A stretch of DNA of 64,000 nt from Lentisphaerales bacterium. Lineage in GTDB: Bacteria; Verrucomicrobiota; Kiritimatiellia; SPBP01. Position numbers and translations under genes: made by a program. Location of the stretch: the NCBI GenBank assembly GCA_032123355.1, contig JAQBFM010000105.1, positions 10,692-74,691 on the forward strand, given 5' to 3'. Shown here in pieces: positions 54,039 to 63,362 of the stretch (the stretch's first letter is position 1; the number at the start of each line of letters is the position of its first letter). The notes beneath the pieces are model-generated. The model was not told where the DNA came from, did not search any database, and was given only the letters and a program-made list of their open reading frames with translations.

Positions 54039-54587
54039 ATGAGTATGCTCAGAAAGAAATTTCGCGATGAGATTCGGCAGAGCCTCCAGAAATCGCTGGA
54101 GCTTGGGAATGTCATGGAGGTCCCGGAACTCGAGAAGATTACGCTAAACGTAGCGGTCAAGGCAGGGGAAACGGAACTGCTGACCGAACTCGTGGCTGAG
54201 GTGAAGACCATTGCGGGGCAGGCGCCCGTAGTGACCAAGTCAAAGAAGAGTATATCCAATTTCAAACTGCGGAGTGGCATGGACATAGGGGCCAAGACCA
54301 CGCTCAGGGGCGATAGAATGTACGACTTTCTCGAAAGGTTGATTCATGCGACACTCCCCAGGATCAGAGATTTCAGGGGACTGTCCAGGAAGAGCTTTGA
54401 CGGGAAGGGCAACTACAATTTCGGGATAGATGATCATACTATCTTCCCCGAAATCGATCCGGACAGTGTTAAGCATGTGCACGGGATGAACATTACAATT
54501 GGGACAACGGCGAAACGGGATGATCATGCGTGCGAGCTTCTGACGAAGCTCGGGATGCCGTTTCGCCAATTAGAGGGAGAGAACTGA
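54039..54587 (+). CDS. rplE: 50S ribosomal protein L5
   Basis: L5 family. Confidence 0.95.
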   Translation: MSMLRKKFRDEIRQSLQKSLELGNVMEVPELEKITLNVAVKAGETELLTELVAEVKTIAGQAPVVTKSKKSISNFKLRSGMDIGAKTTLRGDRMYDFLERLIHATLPRIRDFRGLSRKSFDGKGNYNFGIDDHTIFPEIDPDSVKHVHGMNITIGTTAKRDDHACELLTKLGMPFRQLEGEN

Positions 54588-54588
54588 C

Positions 54589-54774
54589 TTGGCTAAAACC
54601 TGCCAGAGGGTCAAGGCGGCAACGCCTAGGAAGTACGAGGTTCGGCGAATTAGGCGCTGCAACAGATGCGGCAGACGCAGGGGTTATATGCGTCGCTTTC
54701 AGCTTTGTCGGCTATGTTTCCGCGAACAGGCGTTGAACGGCGAGATTCCGGGTATTGTGAAGGCTAGTTGGTAA
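54589..54774 (+). CDS. rpsN: 30S ribosomal protein S14 type Z (zinc-binding, 61 aa)
   Basis: C-x2-C ... C-x2-C zinc ribbon; TTG start. Confidence 0.9.
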   Translation: MAKTCQRVKAATPRKYEVRRIRRCNRCGRRRGYMRRFQLCRLCFREQALNGEIPGIVKASW

Positions 54775-54795
54775 GACGTAACGGAGTGGTGTGAA

Positions 54796-55194
54796 ATGAG
54801 CGTAACGGATCCGATTGCTGACATGTTGACTTGCATACGGAATTCACTGGATGCCGGCCACGAGGCTACGGATATCCGGCACTCGCGGCTAAAGGTAGAG
54901 ATCGTCAGGATTCTTAAGCGTGAAGGGTACGTCTCGGATTATGTCGTGGAGGGGGGCGACAACAAGAAGACACTTCGCGTTTACCTGAAGTACACTGATG
55001 ACGGGAAGCCGGTGGTGCTCGGGTTGAGACGGATTAGCAAGCCCGGATTAAGGCGACACGCGGGCAGCGGAAAACTTCCGCGTGTTCTTGGTGGATTCGG
55101 CACACTCATACTTTCAACGTCGTCGGGGGTCATGACCGGGGCCGAAGCGAAGGCCAAGGGTGTTGGTGGCGAGATTCTCTGTGAGGTGTGGTAG
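54796..55194 (+). CDS. rpsH: 30S ribosomal protein S8
   Basis: S8 family. Confidence 0.95.
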   Translation: MSVTDPIADMLTCIRNSLDAGHEATDIRHSRLKVEIVRILKREGYVSDYVVEGGDNKKTLRVYLKYTDDGKPVVLGLRRISKPGLRRHAGSGKLPRVLGGFGTLILSTSSGVMTGAEAKAKGVGGEILCEVW

Positions 55195-55225
55195 TTGTTT
55201 CGCGGAATGGAATGGTGAGTGATTT

Positions 55226-55759
55226 ATGTCGAGGATCGGAAGACAGCCGGTGATTGTGCCTAATGGGATTACCGTCAGGGATGATGGCGGCACGCTGATT
55301 GCGAAGGGCCCGAAGGGCCAGATGTCTTTGAAAATGCCCCGCGGGATTACAGCGGCGTTGGAGGAAGGCAAAATCGTCGTGTCGCGCCCTGACGAGAGCA
55401 GGCAAAGCAAGAGCCTTCATGGGCTCGCGCGCAGCCTTCTTGCCGGAGCAATCGAGGGCGTTGAGAAGGGCTTTACAAAGCAGCTTGACCTCGAAGGCGT
55501 AGGATTCAAGGCTGAGGTCCAGGGAAGGAAACTGATGCTTTCAATTGGGTTCGCATCGCCCAAAGAATACGTGGCGCGTGAAGGAGTAGACATCGCGGTT
55601 CAGGGATCAACAATTACCGTAACTGGCGTGGACAAACAGAAGGTTGGTGACGCAGCCGCCTGCATAAGAAGTTACTATCCTCCGGAGCCCTATAAAGGGA
55701 AGGGGATCAGGTACAAGGGAGAGCGGGTCCGCCGCAAGGCCGGCAAGACCGTCGCGTAA
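55226..55759 (+). CDS. rplF: 50S ribosomal protein L6
   Basis: L6 family. Confidence 0.95.
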   Translation: MSRIGRQPVIVPNGITVRDDGGTLIAKGPKGQMSLKMPRGITAALEEGKIVVSRPDESRQSKSLHGLARSLLAGAIEGVEKGFTKQLDLEGVGFKAEVQGRKLMLSIGFASPKEYVAREGVDIAVQGSTITVTGVDKQKVGDAAACIRSYYPPEPYKGKGIRYKGERVRRKAGKTVA

Positions 55760-55764
55760 CGAAT

Positions 55765-56118
55765 ATGAGCACACTTTCTAGAAAAGCACAGCGTGTCAGT
55801 CGGCACAAGCGCATACGTCGAAGAGTGCGCGGAACTGCTGAGCGGCCGAGGGCATGCGTGATGGTTTCGAATAAGCATCTGTATGTGCAATTTGTCGATG
55901 ACGATCAGGGCTCGACGCTATGCTCGGTGTCAACAGTGAAGAAGAACGCCGGTCTATCGAAGAGCGTTGAGAAGGCAAAAGAGCTGGGGTTGCGAGCTGC
56001 AGAAGAGGCCCGGAAGAAGGGCATCAGCTCTATCGTGTTCGATCGTGGTGGGTTCCGATATCATGGCCGCGTCAAGGCGATTGCAGATGCAATGAGGGAA
56101 TCGGGCATGCAGTTCTAA
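55765..56118 (+). CDS. rplR: 50S ribosomal protein L18
   Basis: L18 family. Confidence 0.93.
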   Translation: MSTLSRKAQRVSRHKRIRRRVRGTAERPRACVMVSNKHLYVQFVDDDQGSTLCSVSTVKKNAGLSKSVEKAKELGLRAAEEARKKGISSIVFDRGGFRYHGRVKAIADAMRESGMQF

Positions 56119-56168
56119 GGCGGAGCGGCTTGCTGCTCCGCTGTATGAGATGAGAGGAATCGGGTAAG

Positions 56169-56675
56169 GTGAAAGAAAACAGACGAAAGCGTGATAGTGC
56201 TCCGGCCGACTCTGGCGGCCTTGAGGAACGTGTTGTTTTTGTGAATCGGTGCTCGAAGGTTGTAAAGGGTGGACGACGTTTCAGCTTCAGCGCGGTTGTT
56301 GTTGTCGGTGATCGTGAGGGGCAGGTGGGCTGTGGTTTTGGCAAGGCGAACGAAGTGGCCGACGCGATCCGAAAGGGTGGGGAAGTTGCCAAGAAGTCGC
56401 TTGTTTCGGTGACGATGAGTGAGCGGTCGATTCCCCATGAAGTTATCGGGGAGCACGATGGTTGCAGGGTTAAGCTGTGTCCGGCTGCACCTGGTACGGG
56501 TGTCATCGCGGGTGGGGGCGTCAGAGCCGTCCTGGAACTGGCAGGTATCCATGACATATTGGCCAAGTCCCTGGGGAGCAGCAACAGGCTGAACGTTGTG
56601 AAGGCGACATTCAATGCCTTGGATAGGCTCCGGATTTCTAAGGAAGTGAGAACAGCGCGCGCTGCTATGGTCTAA
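56169..56675 (+). CDS. rpsE: 30S ribosomal protein S5
   Basis: '[24 protein letters not shown]'; GTG start. Confidence 0.95.
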   Translation: MKENRRKRDSAPADSGGLEERVVFVNRCSKVVKGGRRFSFSAVVVVGDREGQVGCGFGKANEVADAIRKGGEVAKKSLVSVTMSERSIPHEVIGEHDGCRVKLCPAAPGTGVIAGGGVRAVLELAGIHDILAKSLGSSNRLNVVKATFNALDRLRISKEVRTARAAMV

Positions 56676-56696
56676 TGCCGCGCAGGAAAGGGAATT

Positions 56697-57146
56697 TTGA
56701 TGGACTTGACGTCGCTCAAGAATGCTAAGGGGGCCAGAAAGGACGGGAAACGGGTCGGTCGTGGCGACGGCTCGGGTCACGGAAGGACGTCCTGTCGCGG
56801 TGAGAAAGGGCAGATGTCCCGGTCAGGTCATAAACGCAGACCTGGATTCGAAGGCGGACAGATGCGAATGATCCGCCGCATACCGAAGCGCGGTTTTACA
56901 AATGCCACGAGGGTCTCCTACGTGCCTGTTAATATCAGCGCGCTGAAGGACTTTATGGCAGACACCGTCGTCGATGCGGATGCACTCAGCAATGCCGGTC
57001 TTGCGAGCGGGAGTGGAACACTCATAAAGATACTTGGTGTCGGCGAGCTTGACAGAAAACTCACGGTGAAGGCGCATGCCTTTAGCGCAAGCGCACGCGC
57101 CAAGATTGAAGCCGCTGGAGGCAAGTGCGAGGTGCTCCAGGGCTGA
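56697..57146 (+). CDS. rplO: 50S ribosomal protein L15
   Basis: Gly/Arg-rich L15 N-terminus. It follows rpsE directly, with no rpmD/L30 gene between them. Confidence 0.93.
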   Translation: MMDLTSLKNAKGARKDGKRVGRGDGSGHGRTSCRGEKGQMSRSGHKRRPGFEGGQMRMIRRIPKRGFTNATRVSYVPVNISALKDFMADTVVDADALSNAGLASGSGTLIKILGVGELDRKLTVKAHAFSASARAKIEAAGGKCEVLQG

Positions 57147-57201
57147 TTGGGGCGGTCATGCGTTTGTCGCGCATTTGTCCTTAGAACGGAAATATGATCT
57201 G

Positions 57202-58560
57202 ATGCTCTCTGCATTTGCCAATTCATTCAAGATTCCGGACCTCAGGAACAAGATCCTCTTTACGCTCGGGCTCGTCTTTGTGTGCAGGCTGGTGGGCAAC
57301 GTGCCCACGCCGGGTATCAATGCAGCGGCGCTGGCCTCAGTCGTGAATCAGCTGGCGGGTACAGAGGGCGGAGGCCTGTTCGGGCTGGCTGATCTGTTCA
57401 GTGGCGGGGCGCTGCGCAAGTGTTCCGTTGGTGCGCTCGGAATCATGCCCTACATCAGCGCATCGATCATTCTTCAGCTGCTGACTCCGGTAATACCATC
57501 TCTCGAGCGACTGGCTCGCGAGGGCGATGTAGGGAGGCAGAAGCTTACGCAGTTCACACGATATCTGACTCTCGCAATATGTGCGGTGCAGAGCTTCAGC
57601 ATAGCAAGGCTCATCCTGAATCCGAGCGCTATGTTCAGCGTCCCGGCTGGTGTGGTGATTGTGGGCGAACGAATGGGACCAATGGGGTTCCAGTTGTTGA
57701 CGATCCTTGCCATGACGACTGGTACGTTCGTGGTCATGTGGCTCGGAGAGCAGATCACGGCGAGAGGGATAGGCAACGGCATTTCGCTTATCATCACGGT
57801 GAATATCATCAGCAGGTTGCCGGAGGCGCTGGTGATGCTGTCCATGATATTCAAGAAGTACGGTAGCGCATCGAGATTCGGATTCTTCCATCTGGTGGGA
57901 CTGATCGTCATGCTATTTGTTGTCGTAGCGGCTACAGTGGCGGTCACGCAGGGACAGAGAAAGATCCCGATTCATACGACGAAGCGCATTGTCGGAAGGA
58001 AGGTCTACAGCGCACAGAACACTTTCATGCCCCTGAAAATCAACTACTCAGGTGTGATGCCGATCATCTTTGCTTCAGCTTTACTGATGTTCCCTGCAAT
58101 GCTGAAGAACATACCCGGTGACTTCTTTCGAGTGGTGGGTGGGTGGTTTGATCCCGGCTCAACAAGTTATCTCCTGTTTTATGGATTGCTGATATTGTTC
58201 TTCTCGTATTTCTGGGTTGCAACACAATTTAACCCGATCCAGATAGCCGACGATCTCAAGAAGCATGGCGGCTACGTTCCCGGCATACGACCGGGACGGC
58301 CGACGGCGGAGTTCCTTGACAAGACTATGACGCGCCTCACGCTGGCGGGCGCAGTATTCCTTACTACCATCGCCGTTCTGCCTATGGTCATGTCGAGTTT
58401 CTTCGGCATACCTTTCATAGTGGCGCAATTCTTTGGAGGCACGAGCCTGCTGATTATTGTCGGCGTGATGCTGGACACCATGAAGCAGGTGGAATCGCAT
58501 CTGCTCATGAGACATTATGATGGTTTCCTCAAGAAGGGTCGGCTGCGCGGCAGGCGCTAG
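57202..58560 (+). CDS. secY: preprotein translocase subunit SecY
   Basis: 10-TM SecY. The internal ATG 57202 aligns with SecY N-termini; the ORF is open from 57076. Confidence 0.95.
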   Translation: MLSAFANSFKIPDLRNKILFTLGLVFVCRLVGNVPTPGINAAALASVVNQLAGTEGGGLFGLADLFSGGALRKCSVGALGIMPYISASIILQLLTPVIPSLERLAREGDVGRQKLTQFTRYLTLAICAVQSFSIARLILNPSAMFSVPAGVVIVGERMGPMGFQLLTILAMTTGTFVVMWLGEQITARGIGNGISLIITVNIISRLPEALVMLSMIFKKYGSASRFGFFHLVGLIVMLFVVVAATVAVTQGQRKIPIHTTKRIVGRKVYSAQNTFMPLKINYSGVMPIIFASALLMFPAMLKNIPGDFFRVVGGWFDPGSTSYLLFYGLLILFFSYFWVATQFNPIQIADDLKKHGGYVPGIRPGRPTAEFLDKTMTRLTLAGAVFLTTIAVLPMVMSSFFGIPFIVAQFFGGTSLLIIVGVMLDTMKQVESHLLMRHYDGFLKKGRLRGRR

Positions 58561-58578
58561 GAAGGGACGCGGGACGGC

Positions 58579-59229
58579 ATGAAGGCAATCATCTTGATTG
58601 GGGCGCCAGGTTCCGGAAAAGGGACAACCGCGGAGGGTATTAAGGCAGCGACTGGCTATATCCACGTGGCCACAGGGGACATGTTGCGGGAGGCCGTGGC
58701 TCGGGGCAGTTCGGTAGGCAAGGCCGCCGAGAGTTATATGAAGCAAGGAACACTTGTTCCTGATGAGGTCATCATTGAGCTCGTAGAAGAGCGATTGGAC
58801 GGGGGATCGCCTGCGGACTGCTACATGTTCGATGGTTTTCCGAGGACGCAGAGACAGGCGGAACTGCTCGATAGCAGTCTTGAGAAGCGTAGCGGTGAAC
58901 TGGCGAACGTGTTCTACCTCGATGCACCGCGTGAACTTGTCATAAGTCGGCTGACTGGCCGAAGAACGTGCAGGGAATGCGGAACTATCTTTCATGTTGT
59001 GAACATACCTCCGAAGAAGGAGGGGATATGCGACCTGTGCGGGGGTGAGCTCTACGTTCGGCCGGACGATAAAGAGGACACGATTATCCGGAGGCTCGAA
59101 GTCTTCCATAGTCAGACTGGCGGCTTGATCTCGTACTATGAAGCGAAGGGAGTCCTGGCCAGGATTGACGCAGCTCAGCCGAAGGAAGAAATAGTCGGGC
59201 AGGCGGTCTCTCTTATGAGGGCCAGATGA
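58579..59229 (+). CDS. adk: adenylate kinase (with zinc-binding lid cysteines)
   Basis: 'GAPGSGKGT' P-loop and Cys4 lid (CRECG ... CDLCG). Confidence 0.95.
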   Translation: MKAIILIGAPGSGKGTTAEGIKAATGYIHVATGDMLREAVARGSSVGKAAESYMKQGTLVPDEVIIELVEERLDGGSPADCYMFDGFPRTQRQAELLDSSLEKRSGELANVFYLDAPRELVISRLTGRRTCRECGTIFHVVNIPPKKEGICDLCGGELYVRPDDKEDTIIRRLEVFHSQTGGLISYYEAKGVLARIDAAQPKEEIVGQAVSLMRAR

Positions 59230-59969
59230 TTATCGTCAAGAGCACCGAAGAAATTGAGAAGATGAGGGCTAGCGGCAGGATTGCCGGGGATGTCAGGAGC
59301 AGGCTGGCTTCGCGCGTTGCGCCTGGAATCACGACGAAAGAGCTTGATGAGTATGCTGAGGGGCTGATAGCTGAAGCCGGTGGCGAGAGCGCGTTTTACG
59401 GGTACAAAGGTTTTCCGGGGCATGTTTGCCTGTCGATCAACGAAGAGGTCGTGCACGGTATTCCTGGCAAGCGGCGCATTAAGCTTGGCGATGTTGTCAG
59501 CATTGACGTTGGTGTCAGGTACGGAGGATACGTCGGGGATACGGCCACGACTGTCATGGTGGGGGTAGTGGACCTTGATATCATGAGGCTTGTTGCGACG
59601 GGAGAAGCTGCGTTGAAAGCAGCTGTCGAGCTTGCACAGGCGGGGCGACACTTGTCGGACGTATCGCATGCGATTGAAACTGCAGCGTTAGAAGAGGGTT
59701 TCAGCGTTGTCAGAGAGTTTGTGGGACATGGGATAGGGCGGGACATGCATGAGGACCCGCAAATCCCGAATTTCGGGAAGCCGGGCAAGGGGCCTGTGCT
59801 GAAGCCTGGAATGACCCTTGCGTTGGAGCCAATGATCAATATGGGCGTCGATAGGATAGAAATCATGGCTGATGGATGGACCGTTCTGACGGCTGACAGG
59901 AGGCCGTCTGTGCATTTTGAGCATACTGTTGCGGTAAGAAAGTCAGGGAAGGCAGAGATCCTCACATGA
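59226..59969 (+). CDS. map: type I methionine aminopeptidase
   Basis: MetAP pita-bread fold with the metal-binding residues. Confidence 0.93.
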   Translation: MIIVKSTEEIEKMRASGRIAGDVRSRLASRVAPGITTKELDEYAEGLIAEAGGESAFYGYKGFPGHVCLSINEEVVHGIPGKRRIKLGDVVSIDVGVRYGGYVGDTATTVMVGVVDLDIMRLVATGEAALKAAVELAQAGRHLSDVSHAIETAALEEGFSVVREFVGHGIGRDMHEDPQIPNFGKPGKGPVLKPGMTLALEPMINMGVDRIEIMADGWTVLTADRRPSVHFEHTVAVRKSGKAEILT

Positions 59970-60048
59970 GATGGGATTTGTTATGGACGGCACGGGGGAT
60001 ATTTGGTAAATTCCCGCCCTTCTGTCTCTTTCTTGGTGGGGGAAATAC

Positions 60049-60162
60049 ATGAAGGTGCGGAGTTCAGTAAGACGGATGTGCGAAGGGTGCAAGGTTGTGC
60101 GCCGCAAGGGAGTAGTGCGCATTGTGTGTACTAACGTGCGGCACAAGCAGCGACAGGGATAG
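60049..60162 (+). CDS. rpmJ: 50S ribosomal protein L36
   Basis: 37-aa ORF (not in the ORF track): [37 protein letters not shown]. Confidence 0.9.
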   Translation: MKVRSSVRRMCEGCKVVRRKGVVRIVCTNVRHKQRQG

Positions 60163-60173
60163 GAAACTTAAAT

Positions 60174-60587
60174 ATGCCTCGTGTTATTGGGGTTGATATT
60201 CCGGGCAGGAAGAAGATCGAGTACGCGTTGCAGTATATTTACGGCATTGGTCCGGCGCGGGCGAAAAGCGTTCTGACAAAAGCCGCGGTGGATCCTGTAA
60301 AGAAAGCGGACGATCTGTCTTCTGACGAGCTGACCAGGATAATCGGGCTGCTCCAGACCGACTACAGGTTGGAGGGAGACCTTCGCCGGGAGATATCGCA
60401 GAATATCAGGCGGCTCATCACAATCGGGAGCTACCGTGGACTGAGGCACAGGCGTGGGCTTCCCGTGCGCGGACAGCGCACGAGCACGAACGCGCGTACT
60501 CGAAAAGGGCCCCGCCGAACCGTTGGTGCGGTGCGTGGCAAGGAAGCAAGATCTGTCGTGAAACAGGATGTTCATACAAGTAAGTGA
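60174..60587 (+). CDS. rpsM: 30S ribosomal protein S13
   Basis: 'RVIGVDIPGRKKIEYALQYIYGIG'. It is 137 aa, slightly long at the C-terminus. Confidence 0.95.
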   Translation: MPRVIGVDIPGRKKIEYALQYIYGIGPARAKSVLTKAAVDPVKKADDLSSDELTRIIGLLQTDYRLEGDLRREISQNIRRLITIGSYRGLRHRRGLPVRGQRTSTNARTRKGPRRTVGAVRGKEARSVVKQDVHTSK

Positions 60588-60614
60588 CGAGGCTAGTCCC
60601 TCGCAGGATGACAA

Positions 60615-61148
60615 ATGGACAAAGAGAATTTAGCTGAAGAGAAGGGCGAGCCCAAGGCTGAGCCCAAGGCTGAGCCCAAGGGCAGCGCGGAGGCGATTCT
60701 GGCCGCGGTTGATGATGCGAACCAGGCGCCTGACGACGTCGGTGCGGAGGAGGCTGTTCCCAAGGCGGCGGTTCCACGTGGTAAAGGACGGGGGACGGTC
60801 TTCGGTTCAACGGGCATTGCTCATATCAGGGCCACGTTCAACAACACGATGGTTACGATTGCTGACACAAAAGGGCGGGTGTGCGCATGGAGTACCGCTG
60901 GGCGCGCAGGCTTCAAGGGCTCGCGCAAGAGCACGGCTTTCGCCGCGGGTGTGGTTGGGCAGGAAGCGGCGAGGCAGGCGCTTGCCAGGGGTGTCAGGGA
61001 GGTCGAAGTGCGAGTTCAGGGGCCCGGAGCCGGCAGGGAAACGGCTATCAGGTCACTGCAATCATCAGGCCTGCAGATAACAATGATAAAAGACGTAACT
61101 CCCATCCCGCACAACGGGTGCAGACCAAGAAAGAGACGGCGCGTCTGA
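60615..61148 (+). CDS. rpsK: 30S ribosomal protein S11 with an acidic/Pro-Lys-rich N-terminal extension of about 50 aa
   Basis: The S11 core begins near '[16 protein letters not shown]'. An extra N-terminus carries the [12 protein letters not shown] repeat. Confidence 0.93.
   Translation: MDKENLAEEKGEPKAEPKAEPKGSAEAILAAVDDANQAPDDVGAEEAVPKAAVPRGKGRGTVFGSTGIAHIRATFNNTMVTIADTKGRVCAWSTAGRAGFKGSRKSTAFAAGVVGQEAARQALARGVREVEVRVQGPGAGRETAIRSLQSSGLQITMIKDVTPIPHNGCRPRKRRRV
60648..60683. repeat. 12-bp perfect tandem repeat (gagcccaaggct, about 2.8 copies) inside the rpsK 5' coding region
   Basis: Read directly from the sequence; it encodes the EPKA repeats. Confidence 0.9.
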
Positions 61149-61175
61149 GGCTGAGGCGCTGACTGGAGAGAATTC

Positions 61176-61808
61176 ATGGGGCGGTATACTGGACCAGCAT
61201 GCAGGTTGTGCCGAAGAGAGGGAATGAAGCTCTTTCTCAAAGGCGACCGTTGTTACATGGCCAAGTGCCCGATTGAAACGGGCCGGCCACCTCCGGGAAT
61301 GCACGGTGGTGGTATGCGGAGAGGAAAGCAATCCGATTACGGCACACAGCTTCGAGAGAAGCAGAAGCTCAAGAGAATCTATGGACTGCAGGAAGGTCAG
61401 TTCAGGTTGTTCTTTGAAAGGGCCGCAAAACGTCGTGGCGTTACGGGCGAGGCTCTTTTGCAGCAGCTTGAACTCAGACTCGACAATCTGGTCTACCGAT
61501 TTGGTTTTGCTGCTTCGAGACGTGGCGCTCGCCAGGCTGTGAGACACCGAAGGATAGCAGTTAACGGGAGATGCGTGAACGTTCCGTCGACGCAAATCAA
61601 GCCTGGCAGTCGCATATCGCTTCGCAAAGCCGAGGTCAAGAAAGAATTGATCGAGGCCACAGTTGACGCTGCGATTTCGAGAGGAACGGCTCCGTGGCTG
61701 TCCTTTGATCGTGAGAAACTTGTCGGCGAAGTGGTGCGGATTCCGACGCGTGATGAAATTGCCCCGATAGTTAACGAACAGCTTGTTGTCGAGTTGTACT
61801 CTAAGTAA
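61176..61808 (+). CDS. rpsD: 30S ribosomal protein S4
   Basis: S4 family, zinc-ribbon type (CRLCRREG ... CYMAKC). Confidence 0.95.
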   Translation: MGRYTGPACRLCRREGMKLFLKGDRCYMAKCPIETGRPPPGMHGGGMRRGKQSDYGTQLREKQKLKRIYGLQEGQFRLFFERAAKRRGVTGEALLQQLELRLDNLVYRFGFAASRRGARQAVRHRRIAVNGRCVNVPSTQIKPGSRISLRKAEVKKELIEATVDAAISRGTAPWLSFDREKLVGEVVRIPTRDEIAPIVNEQLVVELYSK

Positions 61809-61830
61809 GAAACCTGGAAAGGCCTGAACA

Positions 61831-62889
61831 ATGCCTATGAGACTCAGTAGGTTCGAAATGCCCAAGAGGGTGACGAAAGACGAGTCCGTATCGACGGAAT
61901 GCTACGGTAAGTTTGTCGCCGAGCCGTTTGAGGCCGGATACGGCCGCACTATTGGAAATTCGCTCAGACGCGTTCTGCTTTCCTCTTTGGAAGGTGCGGC
62001 GGTCTGTGCTGTGACTATCGAGAACGCACCCCACGAATTCTGCACGCTGCCGGGTGTGGTCGACGACGTAACGATGATAGTGCTGAATCTGAAGAAGGTG
62101 CTGCTGAAGATGTACGTTCGTGAACCGCGAACGCTTCGACTCAGGGCCAAGGGCCCGAAGATAGTGACCGCAGCTGATATCGAGACGGACGGCACGGTAG
62201 AAGTGCTGAATCCGGATAGCTATATTGCCACGCTGTCTGATGATGGCGAGATCGCTATGAGCATAGAGATCGGGATCGGCAGGGGCTTCTGTCCCGCCGA
62301 GCTGAACAAGGTGGCGGAAGCGGAAATCGGCCGCATACCTATGGATTCGGTATTTTCGCCTGTGCGAAGAGTTAACTTTGCTATAGAGAACACTCGGGTT
62401 GGCCAGAGGACGGATTATGACAAACTCGTTCTGGAGCTCTGGACTGACGGGCGGATCACGCCTGACGAGGCGCTTACTATGTCTGCAGCGATCCTGCGAC
62501 ATCACCTGGATGTGTTTGTAAATTATGACAAGGACATTATTGAGTTCGAAGAAAGCGAGAAGCAGATAGACGCGGAACGGGATGATCTTCGAAAGAAGCT
62601 CGGCATGAGTGTGAACGAAATCGAGCTCAGCGTTCGAGCGGCAAACTGCCTCAACAATGCCAATATAACGAGTGTTGGCGAATTGAGTCAGAAGACAGAG
62701 GCGGAGATGCTCAAATACCGTAACTTCGGAAAGAAATCCTTGAACGAGATTAAGGCCAAGCTGTCGGAGCTGGGTCTGTCGTTGGGTATGAAGTTCGAAG
62801 ATGATCTGCTTGCGAAGCCACAATCCGGGGTTCAAGTCGAACTGGGCGAGCTGCCGGAGGTCGTTGTTGCCGCCGAGGAGCAGGAGTAG
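61831..62889 (+). CDS. rpoA: DNA-directed RNA polymerase subunit alpha
   Basis: NTD and CTD of RpoA. Confidence 0.95.
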   Translation: MPMRLSRFEMPKRVTKDESVSTECYGKFVAEPFEAGYGRTIGNSLRRVLLSSLEGAAVCAVTIENAPHEFCTLPGVVDDVTMIVLNLKKVLLKMYVREPRTLRLRAKGPKIVTAADIETDGTVEVLNPDSYIATLSDDGEIAMSIEIGIGRGFCPAELNKVAEAEIGRIPMDSVFSPVRRVNFAIENTRVGQRTDYDKLVLELWTDGRITPDEALTMSAAILRHHLDVFVNYDKDIIEFEESEKQIDAERDDLRKKLGMSVNEIELSVRAANCLNNANITSVGELSQKTEAEMLKYRNFGKKSLNEIKAKLSELGLSLGMKFEDDLLAKPQSGVQVELGELPEVVVAAEEQE

Positions 62890-62933
62890 TAGTAAGGCTA
62901 CGGAAAGCCTTGGCGCCTGCCGGGAGACGTACC

Positions 62934-63344
62934 ATGCGACACAAAGTTAATCGATCAAAGTTGGGCAGGAGTTCGGCACATCGTGAGCGGCTTATGGGCG
63001 CGCTGGTGGGGGGATTGATACGTGAGCGCAAAATCACGACGACTGCTCCGAAGGCGAAGGCTGCCCGCAGGCTAGCAGACAAGATGATAGGGCTGGCGAA
63101 ACGAAACACAGTCGCCGCCAGACGGCAGGCTGCTTCAGAAGTGGGGCAGAAGGAGGTCCGGATTCTGTTTGACGAACTCGGTCCGCTCTGCCAGAATCGC
63201 TCAAGTGGCTACACGCGTATCGTGAGGCTCGGAACCAGGGTTGGGGACGGTGCTGAGATGGTTATTCTCGAGTGGGTTGACGCAGTCGTTCCAAGCAAGA
63301 AGAAGCGGAAGAAGAAGGAAAAGCCCGAGAAGACAGAGGCGTAG
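62934..63344 (+). CDS. rplQ: 50S ribosomal protein L17
   Basis: 'MRHKVNRSKLGRSSAHR' L17 N-terminus; the ORF is open from 62910. Confidence 0.93.
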   Translation: MRHKVNRSKLGRSSAHRERLMGALVGGLIRERKITTTAPKAKAARRLADKMIGLAKRNTVAARRQAASEVGQKEVRILFDELGPLCQNRSSGYTRIVRLGTRVGDGAEMVILEWVDAVVPSKKKRKKKEKPEKTEA

Positions 63345-63362
63345 TGGCTCAAGGAGCGGATC

